47,739 nt of DNA, from positions 1 through 47,739 of the forward strand of contig JBASWX010000398.1 of the NCBI GenBank assembly GCA_049276695.1, in the 5' to 3' direction. Positions 43,698-47,739 of the stretch are shown here, piece after piece (the first letter of the stretch is position 1; each line of letters begins with the position of its first letter). The notes beneath the pieces were generated by a model. It had not been told where the DNA came from and made no database searches. It saw only the letters and a program-made list of their open reading frames with translations. The position numbers and the translations under genes were made by a program. Origin of the DNA: Planctomycetota bacterium. Lineage in GTDB: Bacteria > Planctomycetota > UBA1135 > UBA2386.

Positions 43698-45281
43698 ATG
43701 ACGCCAGCCCTCCGCCTCGTTCTCGCCGCCGCTGCCCTGCCGCTCGCTGCCACTGCGCAGTTGCAGACGGTGCTGTTCACCGGCCGCTTCCCGTTCGTCA
43801 GCGCCGACTCGCCGAACGAACGGCCGGGCGGCGCGATCACCCGGCTCGAGGAGTTCGACATCTCGCACGTGCTGCCGGTGCCCGGCGGCGCGGCGCGCTC
43901 GCTGCTGCCGACCACGGCGCTGCAGTGTTATCTCGGCGACGGCAACAACGACGGCATCTACACCAAGTTCGCCGGCTGGAAGACCTACTTCCAGGCGATC
44001 AACCTCGGCGGCATCTTCGTGAAGGCGGCGGACCGCGCCTCGGTGCGCTGGGACAAGGTGTTCTTCACCGTGCGCCGCAACGCCGCGGCGGCCGGCACCG
44101 CGTCGCCGGGTGCCTTGCAGGTCGAGGTGCTGACCAACAACGGCACCACGCCGGTGACCCTGCTGCCCGGCGACTACGTGCGGCTGTTGCCGAACGGCAA
44201 CGCCGAGTTCTTCCTGCGCAACTCGCAGCTGGTGACCGCGGTGGGTTTGCAGACCGGTGCCGCGACGATCGGTGCCGGCGCCCTGCTGCAGGCCAACAAC
44301 GGCGACCTGTACTACGCGCCGGCCGATGGCAGCCACTGGGTCAACGGCAACCAGGGCGGCACCGTGAACTGCCTCGATGGTGCGATCGTCAAGATCGACG
44401 CCGCCAACATCACCTACGACGCGGCGGGCAACGTCGCGGCGCTGGCGCCGAACTCGGCGCGATTGCTGATCAACGAGAACAGCGGCGGCCCGGGCGGCAC
44501 GATCACGACCCGCCAGATGGTGGTGAACACCGGCGCGATGAACCGCGACGGCCTGCCGATCGTCGCCGCGGGCGTCTTCGGCAAGGTCGTCGGGCTGGCG
44601 TTCGACCCGAACGGCGGCACCTTCCTGCCCAACCACCCCGACGCGACCGGCGCCTTCCCGCCGGAACCGAACCTGCTGTTCGCATCGGACGCCGGCTCCT
44701 ACGCCGGCTCGATCTTCTCGACGGCGCCCAATGGCGCAGTGCAGGGTTCGATCGCGACCATCAACGGCGTGCTGTGCGGCAGCCTGACGCCCGGGGTGCC
44801 GGCCAACGGCTCGTGGCTCGGCGTCAACTTCGACTACGCGAACTTCCAGCCGACGCTGATGGGCTTCACGCTGTGCGATGCGATCACCGCGCTGCCGCTG
44901 ACGATCGACCAGAACGGCTTCGGCAGCCTGCCGCTGGCGACGAGCCAGCCGAATTGGGACGTCGACATCCACGGCACGCCGTTCACGCCGACGTTCCTGT
45001 TCTTGTCGCTCGGCCCGACCGCCGCTGGCGGGTTCGCCCCATCGGTGCCGGCCGGCTTCGTGCCGCTCGGCTTCGCGCCCGACAGCTGGAACGACGTGTT
45101 CCTGCTGAACGGCCTGTTCTCGCTGGGTCTCGCGGTCACCAACGCCGCCGGCTACGGCACCGTCACCACGCCGAACCTCAACACTGGCGGCTTCACCGGC
45201 ATCACGCTGATGGTGCAGGGCATCGGGCTGCAACCGGGCGGCTTCCAGCTCACCTCGCCGCTGCTGGTGCAGCTGCAGTGA
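43698..45281 (+). CDS. Secreted protein of unknown function
   Basis: The signal peptide is MTPALRLVLAAAALPLAATAQ and the mature part is Gly/Asn/Thr-rich and beta-type. The gene is divergent from the GHL10-like gene. The track ORF from 41547 is an antisense extension. Confidence 0.7.
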   Translation: MTPALRLVLAAAALPLAATAQLQTVLFTGRFPFVSADSPNERPGGAITRLEEFDISHVLPVPGGAARSLLPTTALQCYLGDGNNDGIYTKFAGWKTYFQAINLGGIFVKAADRASVRWDKVFFTVRRNAAAAGTASPGALQVEVLTNNGTTPVTLLPGDYVRLLPNGNAEFFLRNSQLVTAVGLQTGAATIGAGALLQANNGDLYYAPADGSHWVNGNQGGTVNCLDGAIVKIDAANITYDAAGNVAALAPNSARLLINENSGGPGGTITTRQMVVNTGAMNRDGLPIVAAGVFGKVVGLAFDPNGGTFLPNHPDATGAFPPEPNLLFASDAGSYAGSIFSTAPNGAVQGSIATINGVLCGSLTPGVPANGSWLGVNFDYANFQPTLMGFTLCDAITALPLTIDQNGFGSLPLATSQPNWDVDIHGTPFTPTFLFLSLGPTAAGGFAPSVPAGFVPLGFAPDSWNDVFLLNGLFSLGLAVTNAAGYGTVTTPNLNTGGFTGITLMVQGIGLQPGGFQLTSPLLVQLQ

Positions 45282-45299
45282 GCCGCCGCCGCGCGCGGC

Positions 45300-46202
45300 T
45301 CACGCGCCGGCGACGAACTGCTGCAGCTCGTGGTAGCGGCGCTCGAGCGTGGTGCGCTCGGCGGCCGCCAGCCGGTCGACGCCAAAGCCCTCGACGGTCA
45401 GGCTCGCAGCGGCGGTGCCGTAGCCGACCGCGCGCTTCATGTTCCACAGCGTGACCGAGTCGCAGGTCGCCAGGTAACCCATGAAGCCGCCGGCGAAGCT
45501 GTCGCCGGCCCCGGTCGGGTCGACCACCGTCTCGGTCGGGTACGCCGGCAGCGCGTAGTGGAAGAAGTTCGAGAACAAGAAGCAGCCGTGTTCGCCCTTC
45601 TTGACGATCACCAGCCGCGGGCCCAACGCCAGCGCCGCGCGCCCGGCCTGGATCAGGTTGCCCTTGCCGGTCAGCTGCTTCACTTCGCTGTCGTTGACGA
45701 TCAGCCCGTCGATGCGCCGGCACAGGGCCAGCAGGCCATCGCGCTGGGTCTCGATCCACAGGTCCATCGTGTCGGCGACGCAGAACTTCACGTCCTGCAT
45801 CTGGTCGAGCACCGAGGCCTGGGTCGCCGGCGCGCCGTTGGCGAGGAACACGAACGGCGTCTTGCGATACGCGGCCGGCACCTTGGGCTGGAAGTCGCCG
45901 AAGGTGTTGAGCTGCACGTCGAGAGTCGTGCGGCTGTTCATGTCCTGCGCGTAGCGGCCGTGCCAGCGGAAGGTCTTGCCGGGCTTGCTCTCCAGCCCGG
46001 CGAGGTCGACGCCGCGATCCTGCAGCAGGCGCCGGTGCTTGTCCGGGAAGTCGGCGCCGACCACGCTGACCAGCTGCACGGTGATGAACAGCCGCGCCGC
46101 CAGGCTGAAGTAGGTCGACGAGCCGCCGAGTTGGTCGGCGGCGGTGCCGTGCGGGGTCTCGATGGTGTCGAACGCGGTGGAGCCGACGACGAGCAGCGAC
46201 AT
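45300..46202 (-). CDS. PfkB-family carbohydrate/nucleoside kinase
   Basis: The N-terminal motif is LLVVGSTAFDTI...GGSSTYF and the C-terminal PfkB signature is DPTGAGDSFAGGF. Confidence 0.9.
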   Translation of the reverse strand: MSLLVVGSTAFDTIETPHGTAADQLGGSSTYFSLAARLFITVQLVSVVGADFPDKHRRLLQDRGVDLAGLESKPGKTFRWHGRYAQDMNSRTTLDVQLNTFGDFQPKVPAAYRKTPFVFLANGAPATQASVLDQMQDVKFCVADTMDLWIETQRDGLLALCRRIDGLIVNDSEVKQLTGKGNLIQAGRAALALGPRLVIVKKGEHGCFLFSNFFHYALPAYPTETVVDPTGAGDSFAGGFMGYLATCDSVTLWNMKRAVGYGTAAASLTVEGFGVDRLAAAERTTLERRYHELQQFVAGA

Positions 46203-46248
46203 GGGGGCCCGGACGTTAGCCGCCGGCCCCGGGGCGTGCCACGCCCGC

Positions 46249-47448
46249 CTACGGGTCTTCCTGGTCCTCGAGCGCTTCTTCGCGCTCGATGTCGGCGCGC
46301 GTGACCCGGTCCTTCTCGAACAGCACGAACAGGCCGCCGAGCAGCGACCAGAAGGTCAGGTGCAGCCGGTACAGCACCGACAGCGCGACGCCGCGCGTGC
46401 CCATGACCGCGGCGGCATTGGCGACTCCGGGCAGCGCGGCGGCTCCGTACTTGCCGAACAGCAGCTTGTACAGCGCCTCACCGACGCCCCAGCCGTTCGG
46501 GCCGACCGGCAACGCGGTGACGATGTTGATGATCGGGATCAGCACGAAGTACTCGAACGTCGGCAGTCCGACGCCGAGCGATGCGCCGATGAACACCACG
46601 CTGGCGACCGAGACCACGTGGTTGCCGACGCCGGCGAGCAGGCTCGCCATGATCACCCACTTGTGGTCGCGGTAGAAGAACACCGCGCGATCGACGAGGC
46701 GCAGCAGATGGCCGATGCGGTGCGGCAGCCGCTCGAGCAGCCACTTCAGCCGCACCAGGCTGCGCAGGCGCTTGCTGAACGCGATCAGGAACAACAGCCC
46801 GACGCCCGCGATCACGCCCCAGATCGCGAGCGCCAGGTCGGCGAAGCGGTCGAGCGCGAACAGCACCACGAACGCACCGAGCAGCGCCAGCGAGCCGAGC
46901 CCCAGCACGCGGTCGACGATCACCGACACCAGCACCGGGACCCGATGGCCCGGGCAGCGCTTCATGATGTACAGCGCCTTGATCAGGTCGCCGCCGGTGG
47001 CGCCCGGCACCACGGTGTTGAAGAAGATGCCGATCCAGGTGAAGCGCAGCGTCTCCAGCAGCGACACGTCGGTGCCGTTCACCCGCAACAGCCACCACCA
47101 CCGCGTGCCGGCGATCAGCGCGGTCAGGAAGTAGCAGAAGGCGCCGAGCAGGAACAGCGGGACGTCGAGGTTGCGCCAGTAGGTCAGGAAGCCGGGCACC
47201 ACTTCGGCCGTGCGTCCGTCCGGCTGTGCACCGGGCACGATGCTGCGTTCGCCCGGCGCGCCCTGCGGCGTGAACCGCACCGGACTCGCCTGCCAGTCGC
47301 CGACGATCGTGATCGCCTGTTCCTCGGCGGTCTCGCCGGTGCGCAGCACCAGGCGATCGGCGAACGGGATCTGGTGGAACACGAACCACATCAGGCCGCC
47401 GACCAGCACCAGCTTGAGCAGCGTGATCAGGTGCCTGTTCACCGCCAC
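46249..47448 (-). CDS. Flippase-like / lysylphosphatidylglycerol-synthase-TM-domain (UPF0104) membrane protein
   Basis: A polytopic membrane protein with at least 8 hydrophobic helices. The conserved segment is FFNTVVPGATGGDLIKALY. Confidence 0.8.
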   Translation of the reverse strand: MAVNRHLITLLKLVLVGGLMWFVFHQIPFADRLVLRTGETAEEQAITIVGDWQASPVRFTPQGAPGERSIVPGAQPDGRTAEVVPGFLTYWRNLDVPLFLLGAFCYFLTALIAGTRWWWLLRVNGTDVSLLETLRFTWIGIFFNTVVPGATGGDLIKALYIMKRCPGHRVPVLVSVIVDRVLGLGSLALLGAFVVLFALDRFADLALAIWGVIAGVGLLFLIAFSKRLRSLVRLKWLLERLPHRIGHLLRLVDRAVFFYRDHKWVIMASLLAGVGNHVVSVASVVFIGASLGVGLPTFEYFVLIPIINIVTALPVGPNGWGVGEALYKLLFGKYGAAALPGVANAAAVMGTRGVALSVLYRLHLTFWSLLGGLFVLFEKDRVTRADIEREEALEDQEDP

Positions 47449-47739
47449 TCCCCCTTCGGCCGCACCTTGGCGCGGGCGTCCGCGATCGAGGCCTGTTCTG
47501 CCGCGAGACGCGCCAGCAACGCTGGCCCGAACGCCGCGGGGGCGATGCCGAGTTCGTGCAGCGACACCGCCGGCACCGGCGCGCCGCCCGCGGTCGCGTT
47601 GACCGCGAAGTGGATCAGCGTGCTGACCGGGGTCACGGTCGCGATCGAGATCGACAGCTTGCGTGCCCCGACCCAGAGGTCATCGCCGTCGCGGCGCACG
47701 GCGACCGCCGGCGCCAGCTCTGCCAGCACCTCGCGCGCC
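47439..47739 (-). CDS. Partial CDS (5' end outside the window), possibly biotin/lipoate protein ligase-like
   Basis: The frame is open to the window edge. DDLWVGARKLSISIA...LIHFAVN loosely recalls the D..v.GRKisGsA...l.H motif of BPL/LPL-family enzymes. The assignment is weak. Confidence 0.4.
   Translation of the reverse strand, partial: AREVLAELAPAVAVRRDGDDLWVGARKLSISIATVTPVSTLIHFAVNATAGGAPVPAVSLHELGIAPAAFGPALLARLAAEQASIADARAKVRPKGEWR

Noticed and set aside
1-47739. CRISPR arrays, rRNA genes, reverse transcriptases (retron/DGR) and transposase/IS elements
   Set aside because: I saw no regularly spaced repeat-spacer structure, no rRNA-like stretches, no YxDD-containing ORF and no DDE/transposase-like ORF with terminal inverted repeats while reading the window and the ORF track.

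Overview
High-GC (about 68-70%) bacterial window. From the small phage-like genes I infer a Planctomycetota-like origin, but I cannot verify this. The window has three parts. (1) 1-6127 is a compact integrase / replicase / large-terminase module with no capsid or tail genes, so it is either satellite-like or a degraded prophage. (2) 6374 to about 39900 is a roughly 33 kb genomic island. It starts at a second tyrosine integrase and ends at an orphan tRNA 3'-half (T-arm, acceptor strand, CCA) that looks like an att scar. (3) From 40.3 kb onward are ordinary chromosomal genes: an aldehyde dehydrogenase, two secreted proteins, a PfkB kinase, a flippase-like membrane protein and a partial ligase-like gene. 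The island carries a complete type 2 BREX / Pgl system (pglW, pglX, pglY, pglZ, brxD, brxHI), but the locus is split into three blocks by two cargo insertions. The first insertion (12.7-16.6 kb) holds a clear prokaryotic viperin whose stop overlaps the start of an uncharacterised 619-aa HTH/TPR protein, followed by a nuclease-fold gene 3 nt upstream of pglX. The second insertion (20.1-25.1 kb) holds a four-gene cassette of unknown proteins that begins on the pglX stop codon, plus a divergent three-gene operon (small protein, frameshifted multi-TM protein, HNH-like protein). Downstream of BREX is a third candidate module: an XRE regulator, a Zn-ribbon / nucleoside-2-deoxyribosyltransferase-like (TIR-like fold) protein and 2-TM proteins. 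The best candidates for an undescribed system are the pglX-coupled four-gene cassette and the viperin-HTH/TPR pair. All domain calls come from motifs read by eye; no searches were run. The many long overlapping ORFs in the track are typical high-GC shadow frames and were rejected.
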